Shown: positions 34,913 through 45,720 of the stretch, piece by piece
How positions within the stretch are numbered: position 1 is the stretch's first letter
How the letters are laid out: every line of letters begins with the position of its first letter
Virus record (IMG/VR): IMGVR_UViG_3300021375_000006
Source of the DNA: a virus
Taxonomy: Duplodnaviria; Caudoviricetes
DNA length: 64,000 bases
Direction: 5' to 3' (one strand)
Made by a program: the position numbers and the translations under genes
Notes under the pieces: generated by a model
What the model saw: the letters and a program-made list of their open reading frames with translations, nothing else
Told to the model about the DNA's origin: nothing
Databases searched by the model: none

Positions 34913-36177
34913 TAGAATAACTTTTTAGTTGGATCTTTTTTTAATGTCTTCTTAGTCTTTTTACCTACTAACTTCATAGGAGACTTTGGATCTTCTTTTG
35001 GAATATCCATACCTGCGAAAGGGTCTGGTGCAAAGTTAGCTTTCTTAGCTCCTTCTAACCAATCAGTACCTTCTAGTATTTTATCCATCTCCATAATAGA
35101 CTCTTTCGATTCAATTGCTCCTTCCCAATCTCTTTCAATAGCTTCATAGATAGCTTTTTGAATTGGATCTGGGATAGTTTTATTATGCAATAACATTAGA
35201 GCAATATTGGTAGTAAGATTAGTCTTAATTAAAGTAGTATTAGTATGTCCTATTACTCTATAGATAATATCTGATAGAATATCTTTTGCTTCTGATGAAA
35301 ACAAGAAGTCAATTGTAAAGTTGTCGTACTCTTTAATGTATTGTTTCCAGATAGTCTCTGCAGTTTTGTCTGTGATAGAATAGTTTCTAAGTTTACCATT
35401 CTTCATTTCTTTTTGCCATGTAACAACTGACTGGATATTATCTGATTTATCACCTACAAGTATTTTCTTAAAGATAAACTCATCACAGTCAATCTCTTCT
35501 GTTTTAATCTTGTTAGCTTTTATCCAGTCCATAATATCGTTTTGATAATTATCACGCAACATAGACTGACCGCCCATATTGAATAACATATCATCATTTG
35601 AAATTTCTGCAGTAGCTGAAGTAGTCATATCCCTTTCGAAACCTTTATATGCATAAAGTGTTTTCTTAGTATTGTAATACCACAGTGTATGTGCATCGTT
35701 AGTTTGTGAATAGTTAACTAATTGAATTAGATCGCGATCACCTGACCATACAATACATGATTTACCTCTAGCATTTAGAGCGGCTGACCATCCGAAGATA
35801 ACATCATCTGCTTCTGCACCTTGGATCTGGTGTACAGTAACACCCTTGCTTGCTACAATCTTTTGAAATTCTTCATAGACTGCATATACCGATGGCCAGT
35901 CTACAGTTTGGTTTTGCTTTCTTGTACCTTTATAGTCTGATGCTGGAAATAGATCTTTACGCCAAGACTTTGAGTCTACAGCTAATACTACATCATCTAC
36001 AAACATTTTAAGCTTACGCATCTCTGATGCAAAGTCAATAGATAATTTGCGCATAAACTGCGCTCGTTGTTTATCATCAGCAAGTAATTTGCCTTGCTTT
36101 GGTTTCGGTAATACGAATAGTCTACTGAAGACAAAGTAGTTACCGTCGATTAATAGTGTATGTTTTCCCACTTTCAT
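34912..36177 (-). CDS. 5'-3' exonuclease / RNase H (T4 Rnh-like)
   Basis: LLIDGN, AVDSKSWRK, GAEADD, SGDRDLIQL, GDKSDNI. Early-type promoter at 36206. Confidence 0.9.
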   Translation of the reverse strand: MKVGKHTLLIDGNYFVFSRLFVLPKPKQGKLLADDKQRAQFMRKLSIDFASEMRKLKMFVDDVVLAVDSKSWRKDLFPASDYKGTRKQNQTVDWPSVYAVYEEFQKIVASKGVTVHQIQGAEADDVIFGWSAALNARGKSCIVWSGDRDLIQLVNYSQTNDAHTLWYYNTKKTLYAYKGFERDMTTSATAEISNDDMLFNMGGQSMLRDNYQNDIMDWIKANKIKTEEIDCDEFIFKKILVGDKSDNIQSVVTWQKEMKNGKLRNYSITDKTAETIWKQYIKEYDNFTIDFLFSSEAKDILSDIIYRVIGHTNTTLIKTNLTTNIALMLLHNKTIPDPIQKAIYEAIERDWEGAIESKESIMEMDKILEGTDWLEGAKKANFAPDPFAGMDIPKEDPKSPMKLVGKKTKKTLKKDPTKKLF

Positions 36178-36253
36178 ATCTTATGTTTGTTATGCTTTTC
36201 TAGTACTAATATACGAAAAATATCTGACATAGAAAAATTATTTAACACTTTTT

Positions 36254-37228
36254 TTAGCCTTTAATTATTCCTTGTATCTCATAAACACAACTTAACATTG
36301 TGATTACGGGATCTATTACATGAACTCTCTGCTGTTGGTGTTTAGCTACAGAAATAATGATCTGTGGGATATGCTTAACCGATTGCAATTGTTCTTGTTG
36401 TATATATTCTACAAACTCTTCGCCTAACGATTGTAGAATATCATCGACTCTATTAGAATAATTACTAACTAGTAGTTGATAGTTTTTAGCTGGATCTGTC
36501 TCGTTAAAGATTAATTCAAATACATCTTTATAGACTGAGTTAAATCGCTTTACGTCACCAACTGTGATATTATTTGTACCTTGAGTTTTAAACCCTTGTA
36601 GTTTGTTAAGCGTAGATCTAAGATCTGGGAAGTTACGCCTAACAAATTCTACTAGAGCATCTTTCTCAATTGTCATTTCTTCCTGTTTACAAATATCATA
36701 TACTCTACGAATATACTTCTTTGTTAACTCGGTCTCCTCTTCTTTATCAAAGTCAAAGTTAATAACTTCAAATCTAGATAGGATTGGGTCTGGTAATTTA
36801 TTAATATAATTACATGTTGCAATAAATCTTGAGTTACTTGCAAATGTTTCCATTGTTGCACGAAGTGCTTTAAAGAACTGATCTGATACACCATCAACCT
36901 CATCTAGGATAACCACCTTAAACATCCCAGGCTCATCCATAATTGAGACTGTAGAACAAAAATCTGTAATTCTAGTTCTAATTACATCTACAGAGGTATC
37001 TGTGGACGCGTTAATGTACAGATAAGGCAATCCAAACTGATTGACAATGGCTTTTGCAGTAGAGGTCTTACCTGTTCCTGGTGAGCCTGCAAATAGCATA
37101 TTCTGGACTAGTCCGTCTTTGAACTTATTCATTACTGCATCAGGCAGTATTAGTTCTTCTAAATTTTTTGGCCGATACTTTTCGGTAAAGAGTTGGTTTA
37201 TTGATTGCATACAACTTTGTTTAGTCAT
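36254..37228 (-). CDS. clamp loader large subunit (gp44/RFC AAA+)
   Basis: EKYRP, GSPGTGKT, ILDEVD, SRF, FPDLR. TGAAAC-N18-TATAAT at 37227-37256. Confidence 0.95.
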   Translation of the reverse strand: MTKQSCMQSINQLFTEKYRPKNLEELILPDAVMNKFKDGLVQNMLFAGSPGTGKTSTAKAIVNQFGLPYLYINASTDTSVDVIRTRITDFCSTVSIMDEPGMFKVVILDEVDGVSDQFFKALRATMETFASNSRFIATCNYINKLPDPILSRFEVINFDFDKEEETELTKKYIRRVYDICKQEEMTIEKDALVEFVRRNFPDLRSTLNKLQGFKTQGTNNITVGDVKRFNSVYKDVFELIFNETDPAKNYQLLVSNYSNRVDDILQSLGEEFVEYIQQEQLQSVKHIPQIIISVAKHQQQRVHVIDPVITMLSCVYEIQGIIKG

Positions 37229-37272
37229 TATAGTACCAGATGGCTAAAATGTTTCATAGATAAATATACTAT

Positions 37273-37767
37273 ATGAGTATACGAATTGAGAAGACAGGAG
37301 GCCCATGGCCAGCAAACCGATACGGTATTGTTCTAAAGTACTTACCAAGATTCTTAAGAAAGTTTCTAATAACTCACAGGAATCTTGCTAAATGGTCTGA
37401 TGATGACCAATTCATGGAATGTGTTTTAAAGATACAGCGACCGAATTCTAGAACTAATACTAAGATTTATTGGGATATGATAAATGATAGAGCAATAGAT
37501 GAAAAAGGTCTAGAGCGTTCCTATAATACTATTGATTGGTATTGTGCCATCTCACTAAAACCTATTAGGGCTAAGTTTATGAATTTCGATTTAAAGAATT
37601 TCATACACCCTGAATATTACGATGTCTTAGAAGCGCCAATGGTGGATAGTCGTATACTTAAATCATCAGTTGACTTTCGCAAGAAATGCAAAAAACTCCT
37701 GCTCGCAGAACGAGAGGAGTTTCTTAAACTTGCTAAAAAGAACTCTAAGTCTAATTTATCTACTTAG
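37273..37767 (+). CDS. hypothetical protein (rare + strand gene)
   Basis: 164-aa ORF with GATAAATA at 37259. Confidence 0.7.
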   Translation: MSIRIEKTGGPWPANRYGIVLKYLPRFLRKFLITHRNLAKWSDDDQFMECVLKIQRPNSRTNTKIYWDMINDRAIDEKGLERSYNTIDWYCAISLKPIRAKFMNFDLKNFIHPEYYDVLEAPMVDSRILKSSVDFRKKCKKLLLAEREEFLKLAKKNSKSNLST

Positions 37768-39684
37768 AATTATTTTCATTTTATCAGCAATTGACATTGA
37801 CTCATGCAATTCAATTTTCTGATTTATACCTAAGTCTTCTTTTAAAGATTCCCAAGTTAATTCTTTAGATTCGTTCTTGGCTTTTTGTTTTTTCTTAATT
37901 TCATCAAATTCTCCATTCTTAACTGCTTTTAAATCTTTTGCAGCCTGGTCTACCTCCTTTTGATCTTGAGGAATCTCTTTGTCTTTTAATTCCTTCTCTC
38001 TATTTTTAAGATCTTCTTTTTTCTTTTTCAGATCTTCAATTTCATCTTTTGCAACTTGTACTGCAGCTTCTTGGTCAGAAGATTTAGCCTCTTCGACTTC
38101 TTGAGAACCCTTCGCTTCTTGATAATTTAATTTTGCATTTTTAACATCTGATTGTGCATCTTTAATTTCAGCTTCGTCTCCACTAAGTTCAGCTTTAGTT
38201 AATTTAGCTTGTGCAATTTCTAATTTTTTTGACATAACGTCAGGATGTGATCTTGAATTTAATTTATTCATTAAAGGAACTAGTTCATCTTCTAATTTCT
38301 TAATTTGATCGTCTACGTTTTTAATATCTTTTGCACTAGGTGGATCGGAAGCCGCGGCAATGTCTTCTGCTTTTGCAATATCACCATCAACCTTGTTAAT
38401 TGCATCAGGTATTTCTTCTAATTCATCCTTGTCATCTTGTAATTCCTTTTGAGCAGAAGCTAATTTATCTTGAGCCTTTTTAAGTTCTGGATTTTTAGGT
38501 TTTTCTTCTTTTCCATCATCTTTCATTAACGGATTCTCCGTTGTATCAGATTTACCATCTTCAGTACTACCAGCTTTAGAATCTTTCTTTTCGTAATCTT
38601 CACCCTTTAATGCAGCTCTTTGAGCTTTTAACTCTTCTAGGTAATCTTCTAAGTAGTAAATACCTTCTTGTGTTTTATCTTCTTGTTGTTTCGCTGCCGC
38701 TAAGTCTGCCTCTAATTTACTTTTTTCTTCCGGAGTTGCGTCTGCTAAATCTTTCTTAATATCAGTAATTTTAGATTGTACAGGTGCAAGATCCTCATCC
38801 TTTTCTCTATCAATTTCAGTTTGAATTTTCTTAATATCCTCTTCTAACTTAGGATCGACATCTTTTGAAAGCTCTTTAATAGCTTCATCTGCCTCTTTAG
38901 ACTTGGCTCCCATTTTCTTAAGCTCATCAGCAGCCTCTTTTGCAGCATCTGATTTACCCTTTTCTTTTGCAATTCTACCCTTTTCTCTTAGGCCTTCTAG
39001 CTTTACTTCGTTAACAATTTTCTTTTTAGTATTAGCATAAAGATCTCCTTCGCTACCACTTGGCATATTCTCCTCATACTTCTTTAGGTCGTCATTAGCC
39101 TCTTCTAAAGCTTGTTTTGCTTTCTCTTTTACCTCTTCGAATTTTTCACTAAGATCTGACTTCTTCTCTTTAAGTGCTTTAATTGTGGCAATTGCTTTTT
39201 GTTTGATTGCATCCTTTTTAGGACCAGCAGCTTCATCCCTAGCACGCTTCATTTTATCAATAGAAGCTTCTATTTTTTTTAATGCATCATATTCTTTAGC
39301 AGCAATAATATCTGCATTAGAAGTAGAAAGTAAATCTTTATATTTACCTTTTAATAGAGCTATACCCTTTACGAAGTTGGCCTGTTTCTTAACCCATCCT
39401 AAGATTGCCTCTAGACTTTCGTTTAGTGGTCTATTTTCTTGAAAAAAAAAATCTTTATTTACAGTCTCTGTTATTTGCTTTGATAGTGTTTCTAAATTAG
39501 TTAGAATTTTATCCACATCTGCAATAATTTCTGCTCGAACCTTATCTCCTGTAGATTTAACAGTTTTATCAACTGATATAGAAGATGTATTGGTATTACC
39601 TAAGGGTGCAACATTTTGGCCTGGGTTTGAAACCTCACCTGCAGCAAACTCTTCAAATAATTTTACTTTATTGGTTTTAATCAT
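37756..39684 (-). CDS. long coiled-coil K/E/D-rich protein, probable internal head protein
   Basis: N-terminal KLFEEF motif, late promoter at 39713, position after the major capsid gene. Confidence 0.6.
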   Translation of the reverse strand: MIKTNKVKLFEEFAAGEVSNPGQNVAPLGNTNTSSISVDKTVKSTGDKVRAEIIADVDKILTNLETLSKQITETVNKDFFFQENRPLNESLEAILGWVKKQANFVKGIALLKGKYKDLLSTSNADIIAAKEYDALKKIEASIDKMKRARDEAAGPKKDAIKQKAIATIKALKEKKSDLSEKFEEVKEKAKQALEEANDDLKKYEENMPSGSEGDLYANTKKKIVNEVKLEGLREKGRIAKEKGKSDAAKEAADELKKMGAKSKEADEAIKELSKDVDPKLEEDIKKIQTEIDREKDEDLAPVQSKITDIKKDLADATPEEKSKLEADLAAAKQQEDKTQEGIYYLEDYLEELKAQRAALKGEDYEKKDSKAGSTEDGKSDTTENPLMKDDGKEEKPKNPELKKAQDKLASAQKELQDDKDELEEIPDAINKVDGDIAKAEDIAAASDPPSAKDIKNVDDQIKKLEDELVPLMNKLNSRSHPDVMSKKLEIAQAKLTKAELSGDEAEIKDAQSDVKNAKLNYQEAKGSQEVEEAKSSDQEAAVQVAKDEIEDLKKKKEDLKNREKELKDKEIPQDQKEVDQAAKDLKAVKNGEFDEIKKKQKAKNESKELTWESLKEDLGINQKIELHESMSIADKMKIILSR

Positions 39685-39735
39685 TTTTCAATATATGTGT
39701 TTGTCTATGTTTTATATATCTGGATGATTTTGCAT

Positions 39736-39763
39736 AAAAAAAGCCCCTCGATGAGGGGCTTTT
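39736..39763 (-). terminator. intrinsic terminator after the major capsid gene
   Basis: aaaaaaagcccctc-ga-tgaggggctttt. Confidence 0.85.
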
Positions 39764-39790
39764 ATATTAAATTACTAATTGCTATTTAGA

Positions 39791-41176
39791 TTATAGTCTA
39801 AAACCTGCAACAGTAAATTTCTCGTATTGAGTTTGTGGGTGGAATCCAGCTTCAACTAATGCGTATCTAGATTTTACAGCTACTTTTGGAGCCATAGTAC
39901 CTTCAACGATAGCCTGTACTGATTCAGCCATTAAGTAAGGCATGAATACAAGACCTGGACCGTTACCGTCACCTTTTCTACCAACTAATACTTCACCAGA
40001 AGCGAAGTCAACTGAAGGGTCAGTATAGATGTTAATACCTGCTACAGAACCTAAAGGATAGATTGAACCTGCAACTTGGTTAACAGTGTTAGCCATTGGG
40101 TAAGCAACGAAACCTGCTACAGATTGTAAAGCAGATGCCATTTTACCACCTACAACAGCGAAGTTACCTGCACCTCTTCTACCACTTTGCGCGATTAAGT
40201 TCGCAGCAGCAAGGATTGAAGTTAAGATAGCTCTGTGTTGGTCAGCGATAGTTTCACCACCAGTTAAAGCACCAGCAGCAGGAATAGTAAATCCTAAACC
40301 GTTAGTAGTACCAGCGATAGATCTCATCTTAGTTAAGATGTGATTGTTGATAGACTGAGTTAATTCGTTAGTTAAAACTGCTTCTACTTGAGCAACAGCG
40401 TCAACACCGAATTGTTTAAGGTCTTGTACTTGCTCTCTAGTTACAGCAGCAGCTACTTGGAAAGTCTCTGCAGAAACTGATTTAGAGAATAAGCTTAAGC
40501 CCATTACTTTGTCTGGAGTTTGTTCCCCAACACCTCTATCGAAAGGAGCACCAGCATCGTTAGCACCAGAGAAACCAGGAATATGGTCTTCTAAAGCTTT
40601 TACTAATTCAGCACCATCATATCTAACTGAAATACTAGTTTCAGCTGGATCTGCAGTCGCATCTAATGCATCAACAATTCTGATGATTGATTTTCCGTCA
40701 ATTCTAGAAGTTCCAACTTTTACGTCGTTACCTGCAGCTACAGAATCTTTATCACCAAACTTGATGTAAGTTGGAGTTGTTGAACCAGCAGTCTTACCAC
40801 CTTCGTATACGAAGTCTAAGTAAGAAAGTAATCCCATTGGTCCAGCCATAGGTACAACAGGTACTAGGTCTAAACCGATTGTTTGAGCAGCAACTTGCAT
40901 TGCTAAAGGTAATAACGTTGGTGATTTGTCACCTGAACCGTCTGCACCTGCACCACCTTGGGCAGTATTGTTACCTCCTGGGTAGCTTGTTGCTCCCATA
41001 CCAAAGATGTTACCAGCAGTGCCTAAGGCCATGATGTTTGCATCTTCATAAAGCTTGTGATTGTGGCAGTATTCTGACATCCAAGCTAGTTTTGAGCTTT
41101 CGTTAATTCCAGTTGCTTCTTCGATAATCGGAGACCAAGTGTTTCTAACTTCAGCTTCATTAATTAAATTTGCCAT
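39791..41176 (-). CDS. major capsid protein (gp23-like)
   Basis: QTIGLDLVPVVPMAGPMG, TFQVAAAVTREQVQDL, ELTQSIN, FMPY, KSRYAL. Confidence 0.95.
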   Translation of the reverse strand: MANLINEAEVRNTWSPIIEEATGINESSKLAWMSEYCHNHKLYEDANIMALGTAGNIFGMGATSYPGGNNTAQGGAGADGSGDKSPTLLPLAMQVAAQTIGLDLVPVVPMAGPMGLLSYLDFVYEGGKTAGSTTPTYIKFGDKDSVAAGNDVKVGTSRIDGKSIIRIVDALDATADPAETSISVRYDGAELVKALEDHIPGFSGANDAGAPFDRGVGEQTPDKVMGLSLFSKSVSAETFQVAAAVTREQVQDLKQFGVDAVAQVEAVLTNELTQSINNHILTKMRSIAGTTNGLGFTIPAAGALTGGETIADQHRAILTSILAAANLIAQSGRRGAGNFAVVGGKMASALQSVAGFVAYPMANTVNQVAGSIYPLGSVAGINIYTDPSVDFASGEVLVGRKGDGNGPGLVFMPYLMAESVQAIVEGTMAPKVAVKSRYALVEAGFHPQTQYEKFTVAGFRL

Positions 41177-41283
41177 TTTGTTAAATTATTTTTTTAATGG
41201 TTTTGTTTAAGCGTTCATTTCTGAACTCGACTTGCTTGGAGTTTCTGCTTCTTACTCCTTTATCGTCGATTAATTATATATCT

Positions 41284-43644
41284 TTACTTTTTAAATCTTT
41301 TCTTTAAGCCCTCAGCGTAGCTAGACACATCGTAAAGTGGCTTCTTCTCTTCAGCTTTAACTGCTGATTCGTTAATAGAAGCTAACTTTTCTAGGTCAAC
41401 TTTTACCTCTCTTAGATCTCTAGTTTCCCAGAAGTTTCTAACTTGATACTCAGTTTTTAGAGTATGGTATTTTGATTGAGCTTTAATTTGATTTTGTTTA
41501 GACTCAGAAAGAGCTTCGAACTTCTCTTTGTACTCTGCAGGAGCTGCAGTGATAAAGAATGGTTCAGCTGTTTTAGCTTCTACAACTGCTTCAGCAGATT
41601 CAACGATTGCGTTGATTTCGCCTTCAGTCATAAAACCTCTTTTAGCAACTCTTTGTCTAACTTCAGTTTTAGCATCTTCGTTTAGAGCATTATATTTCTC
41701 TTGAGTTGTGCTAGATACAACTTTAAAGAATGATGGATTTTCATTTTCTTTAACTTGTGCAGCTTCAACTAGAGCGTCTAACTTAGATGAAATTTCTTTT
41801 TTGTAAGTATCTAAAGCAGATTCTTCAACTTCTTCAGTTTCTTCAACTTCTTCAGTTTCTTCAACTTCATCTTCTTCAGCTACTTCTTCGTTTTCAGTTT
41901 TGATACCTTCTTCTTCAGCGTATTCTTCAGCATTTTCTTTGTCGTCAGCATCAACACCTTCAACATCATACTCTTCATCGCCTACTTTGAATTTAGATTC
42001 ACCTTTAGCAATAGCTTCTGCTCTTGCAGAACCGAATGCGTTACCTTCTTCGACTTCGTCTTCTTCAGCAACTTCTTCAGCACCTTCGCCAGCTTCGTCT
42101 TCTTCAGCAACTTCGTCTTCAACTACTTCTTCAGCGCCCTCACCTGCTTCATCTTCTTCAGCAACTTCTTCGCTTTCTTCTTCAGTAACTTCGTCTTCAA
42201 CTACTTCTTCAGCACCTTCGCCAGCTTCGTCTTCTTCAGCAACTTCTTCAGTTTCTTCAACTTCTTCAGTTTCTTCAACTTCTTCCTCTTCAGCTACTTC
42301 TTTAGCACCTTCTTCACCGTCTACTAATTCGTCTTCTAATTCATCAGACTCATCTTCAACTTTATCTTCAACTTCAGCGTCAGATTTTACAGTTTCGTCT
42401 TCTAACTCTTCAGCAGGCTCACCAGAATCACCAGATTCTACATCACCTTCTTCTGAATTATCACCAACGTTTTCAATATCGTCTTCAGCTTCTTCTTTTT
42501 CTTGACCAGGCTCTTCAGCTTCGTCTTCTTCTTCGGTTACTAAACTTTCATTGATTTGAGTAGCAATATATTCTGCATACTCAGAAACATTTTGTAAATT
42601 TTCTTTCAAATACTCTACATAAGATAATAAGTTCTCAGAAGTTTCCGTACCTTCATTATGTTGTTCAGCCAAATAGTTAGAAAAATCTTTAACTTTACTA
42701 ACAGCTTCAGCTAAATGCTCAGAGTATTGAATACCTTGATCTAATTTTTCTGCTACATTTTCTGTATATGAAATACCTTGATCGGCTTTTTCAGCTACAT
42801 GCTCTGTATATTGGATTGACTCGTCTAATTTGCCAGCTAAATACTCTACGTATTCTGAGAGAGTATTAACGCGCTCGACGATGTGGTCGTTATGAGACTT
42901 TACGTTCTCTAACGTGTTATCTTCGCTATTCGCTCCGATAGACTCTTTAATGCCTTTAATTTCGTTAGCTAAGTACTCAGAATACTTGTGGAAATCTTCA
43001 GCCTTTACAAATTCTGCCATGTTTTTATTATTATTTGTTTCTATATTGGTTTCTGTAATTTCTTGTGCTACTTCAGGAGCTTCTGCGCCCTCGCCGTTCA
43101 TTTCGTAGATCCATAGACCTGAGTTATCATCAAAGCCATAAGATTCATTTACTCTCTTTAACTCAGCATTAGCGAATCCAGGATCTGCTACTAAGTCATA
43201 AGTAAATAATTGCTTGATTTTAACTTTACCGTTAGATTCAACGGCACCAGCTGCTCTAGAAGAGATTTGTAAAGGTACTCCAGCATCAACAAGAGCTTTA
43301 GCTTGTCTACCAGCATCAGTATCTAAAAGTCTGATTTTACCTTTAACGTGTTTGTTATCTTTGTCGTAATAAAGTTCTTCAATAATGTGTGAAACATTCT
43401 TAAGAGAAACATCAAACTGTTGTGGGTGATCTAATTCACCTAATAGTTTAGAAGATTTAATCTTATCTTGTAATTGCTGAATTTGAGGAATATACTCATC
43501 TTCAGTGTAGATACGATTATTTTTATTCTTGGAGTCAATTTCTCCAAAGATACCTTCTAGAATGTACTCTTTGTTTTCACCTTCAGCTACTTTTAACTGA
43601 GATGAAGACATTTCTACGATCAATAAGTCGTTTTTGTTTGCCAT
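41284..43644 (-). CDS. prohead protease (gp21-like) fused to scaffold/core (gp22-like) through an acidic repeat linker
   Basis: LEGIF...KNKNNRIY...LGELDHP...ISSRAAG...TYDLVADPG, then coiled YSEYL repeats and an E-rich tract. Confidence 0.9.
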   Translation of the reverse strand: MANKNDLLIVEMSSSQLKVAEGENKEYILEGIFGEIDSKNKNNRIYTEDEYIPQIQQLQDKIKSSKLLGELDHPQQFDVSLKNVSHIIEELYYDKDNKHVKGKIRLLDTDAGRQAKALVDAGVPLQISSRAAGAVESNGKVKIKQLFTYDLVADPGFANAELKRVNESYGFDDNSGLWIYEMNGEGAEAPEVAQEITETNIETNNNKNMAEFVKAEDFHKYSEYLANEIKGIKESIGANSEDNTLENVKSHNDHIVERVNTLSEYVEYLAGKLDESIQYTEHVAEKADQGISYTENVAEKLDQGIQYSEHLAEAVSKVKDFSNYLAEQHNEGTETSENLLSYVEYLKENLQNVSEYAEYIATQINESLVTEEEDEAEEPGQEKEEAEDDIENVGDNSEEGDVESGDSGEPAEELEDETVKSDAEVEDKVEDESDELEDELVDGEEGAKEVAEEEEVEETEEVEETEEVAEEDEAGEGAEEVVEDEVTEEESEEVAEEDEAGEGAEEVVEDEVAEEDEAGEGAEEVAEEDEVEEGNAFGSARAEAIAKGESKFKVGDEEYDVEGVDADDKENAEEYAEEEGIKTENEEVAEEDEVEETEEVEETEEVEESALDTYKKEISSKLDALVEAAQVKENENPSFFKVVSSTTQEKYNALNEDAKTEVRQRVAKRGFMTEGEINAIVESAEAVVEAKTAEPFFITAAPAEYKEKFEALSESKQNQIKAQSKYHTLKTEYQVRNFWETRDLREVKVDLEKLASINESAVKAEEKKPLYDVSSYAEGLKKRFKK
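41820..42310 (-). repeat. acidic tandem repeats (EEDEAGEGAEEV x3; EEVEETEEVEETEEV x2)
   Basis: Visible at both DNA and protein level within the protease-scaffold gene. Confidence 0.85.
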
Positions 43645-43705
43645 ATCTATGGTTTATCTATTTTTATTATATATCTTGTTGTATTATACAAATATCTTAA
43701 TATCT

Positions 43706-44062
43706 TTAGACGCCTGCTAACGGATCTTCTTCTTCTCCGCCACCAGCATCTGCTTCGGCTTCTTTCTCTTCTTCCTTCTCTTGCTCAGCGTCCTCTGCCG
43801 ATTTATCTAAATAATATGCTACTAGAACATCCATCTCACCTTCAGCGAATGCATCTACTCCATACTCTCTATAGAAATACTCTTTAAATTCGCCCTCTGT
43901 TTTAGAAGAAGTAATAACTCCTAATATTTCAGCGGATTTGATTGTAGCACCAGAATCTAATTTTAAGTCTTCGACATAAATTTTAGAGTCTTCACCTGCC
44001 TTCATAGCGTCCTCTGCTATAAAATCTTCAAAGGTTTTAATTATTTTAAAATCGTTTTTCAT
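43706..44062 (-). CDS. small head-associated protein with a capsid-targeting-like N-terminus
   Basis: KIIKTFEDFIAE. Between portal and protease, with a late promoter at 44067. Confidence 0.6.
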   Translation of the reverse strand: MKNDFKIIKTFEDFIAEDAMKAGEDSKIYVEDLKLDSGATIKSAEILGVITSSKTEGEFKEYFYREYGVDAFAEGEMDVLVAYYLDKSAEDAEQEKEEEKEAEADAGGGEEEDPLAGV

Positions 44063-44095
44063 AATTTATATATCTCTTTTTCTGGCGAATCTAGG

Positions 44096-45691
44096 TTAAA
44101 GTGCATTCGGGTCCTCTTTCTCAGGCTCATCTGCATTATCTTTAGCCTCCTTTGCCTTATAGGCTTTGTTAGCTCTAATCTCGTCGTCAGTTAATTTTAA
44201 GTATTTAGTTACTAGATATTCTTGATCGAAATAGTATTCTTCTTCCATAGTTTCTGGATTAGTTGTCATTAGAGAGTCTCTCATGCTTGCGATAAAGTCT
44301 AATCTCAATTGCATGATTTCTTGCTCTTTTAATTCTGCAAATACATTCTCTTCATTATATCTTAATGCTACTTGAGTTTTAAACTGTGGATCGTCTACAA
44401 ACTCTGGGTACTTAAGACACATTTGAATATAAAGTGGTTTTACTAATATCTCTTGGAAGACTGATCTTAGACGCTTGATAAATTTACCAAACTTAATCTC
44501 ATCTCTTACCATACCGTCACCGGCTAGTGCGTAGTCACCACCATCATCTTCATATAAGAATCTATTGTAAGGAATTTTTGAAACCTCTTTTAATTTATCT
44601 GAGAAGTATTTAAGTGCTTCAGTGTCTGATAGATCTGGACCATCACCACCAAGGGTTTCAATTTCTGGCGTTTCACCATCTTTAGAAGGTAGCCAGTATT
44701 CTTTAGAGAATTGTAACATTGGCTTACCATCAGTTTCTAATGTTCCTGATTCAAAGTCAAAGTCTACAACTTCTTTATAGTTATTCATCAGCTGTGCTAA
44801 TGATTGTTTTGCTCTTGTTTTAGATTTACCACCAACAGGGATAATAAACTTCATTCTGAATGAAGCGTTCGTTACTGCCCATACCACTCTGGTATGTTCC
44901 ATAATTCTTAGTAAGTTAAAAGATCTTACTAGTCTCTCAACGTAACTTACTCTTGAAGCAGTTGAAAGGGAAGAATATGAAATGTAAATAATTTGAGAAT
45001 CATAAAGTACTCTCTCCTTTACAGGATCGTCTTTATATTGAATCCATACTTTCTTACCATCGTCTTTATTGTAACCTGGCATTAGAGTGATAGGATCGAT
45101 CTCTTTAAAACCTATAATCTCTTTTTGGTCTGGGGAATAAATTATCTCAAATGATAAGTAACCATCTACTAGGAATTTTCTAAAGAAGTACCATGCTGAT
45201 TGCTCACCATTAAATCCAAAGTAGTGATAGATTTGTCTAAAGTATTTGTTCAGGTCTTTGTTAACCTGGTCTGAGACATCAAGTCCCATAATCTCTGGTT
45301 GACAAAAGAAATTCTTTTCATTATATACCACTGCCTCGTCACAAAGAATATCTAGAATATCTTCAACCTCATCGTTCATTGAGAATCTTCTCAATTCATC
45401 TCTCTTACCTGGATAATCAATGTCAAAGAAAGGTACATTCTTCTTCATATTGATGTCACCCATTGATAGTGCTGCAAACGCACCATAGATGTCATCATTA
45501 TCTAAACCGAATGGATTCATTTCCTTATAGCCAAATTGGTCTTCCATTGGACCAATAGCTTGGGATTGACGTAGAACCATATCATCATAGCGCATACCAA
45601 AAGAACTTAGCGTCTTCAGTGCACTGGAGAGGCTAAATGGTCTTGTGTTAGAACTAAATGGTCCGTTTCTTTTATCTGCAAATCCTGCCAT
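44096..45691 (-). CDS. portal protein (gp20-like)
   Basis: FLVDGYL, SYVERLVRSFNLLRIME...WAVTNA, EYWLP, EIETL, EIKFGKFIKRLR. Confidence 0.95.
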   Translation of the reverse strand: MAGFADKRNGPFSSNTRPFSLSSALKTLSSFGMRYDDMVLRQSQAIGPMEDQFGYKEMNPFGLDNDDIYGAFAALSMGDINMKKNVPFFDIDYPGKRDELRRFSMNDEVEDILDILCDEAVVYNEKNFFCQPEIMGLDVSDQVNKDLNKYFRQIYHYFGFNGEQSAWYFFRKFLVDGYLSFEIIYSPDQKEIIGFKEIDPITLMPGYNKDDGKKVWIQYKDDPVKERVLYDSQIIYISYSSLSTASRVSYVERLVRSFNLLRIMEHTRVVWAVTNASFRMKFIIPVGGKSKTRAKQSLAQLMNNYKEVVDFDFESGTLETDGKPMLQFSKEYWLPSKDGETPEIETLGGDGPDLSDTEALKYFSDKLKEVSKIPYNRFLYEDDGGDYALAGDGMVRDEIKFGKFIKRLRSVFQEILVKPLYIQMCLKYPEFVDDPQFKTQVALRYNEENVFAELKEQEIMQLRLDFIASMRDSLMTTNPETMEEEYYFDQEYLVTKYLKLTDDEIRANKAYKAKEAKDNADEPEKEDPNAL

Positions 45692-45720
45692 AATATAGTA
45701 TTATTTCTGTTTTATATATC

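Noticed and set aside
41900-42505. 201-aa Ser-rich + strand ORF
   Set aside because: Antisense shadow of the Glu-rich repeat (GAA codons read as TTC/TCT on the other strand). No independent evidence.
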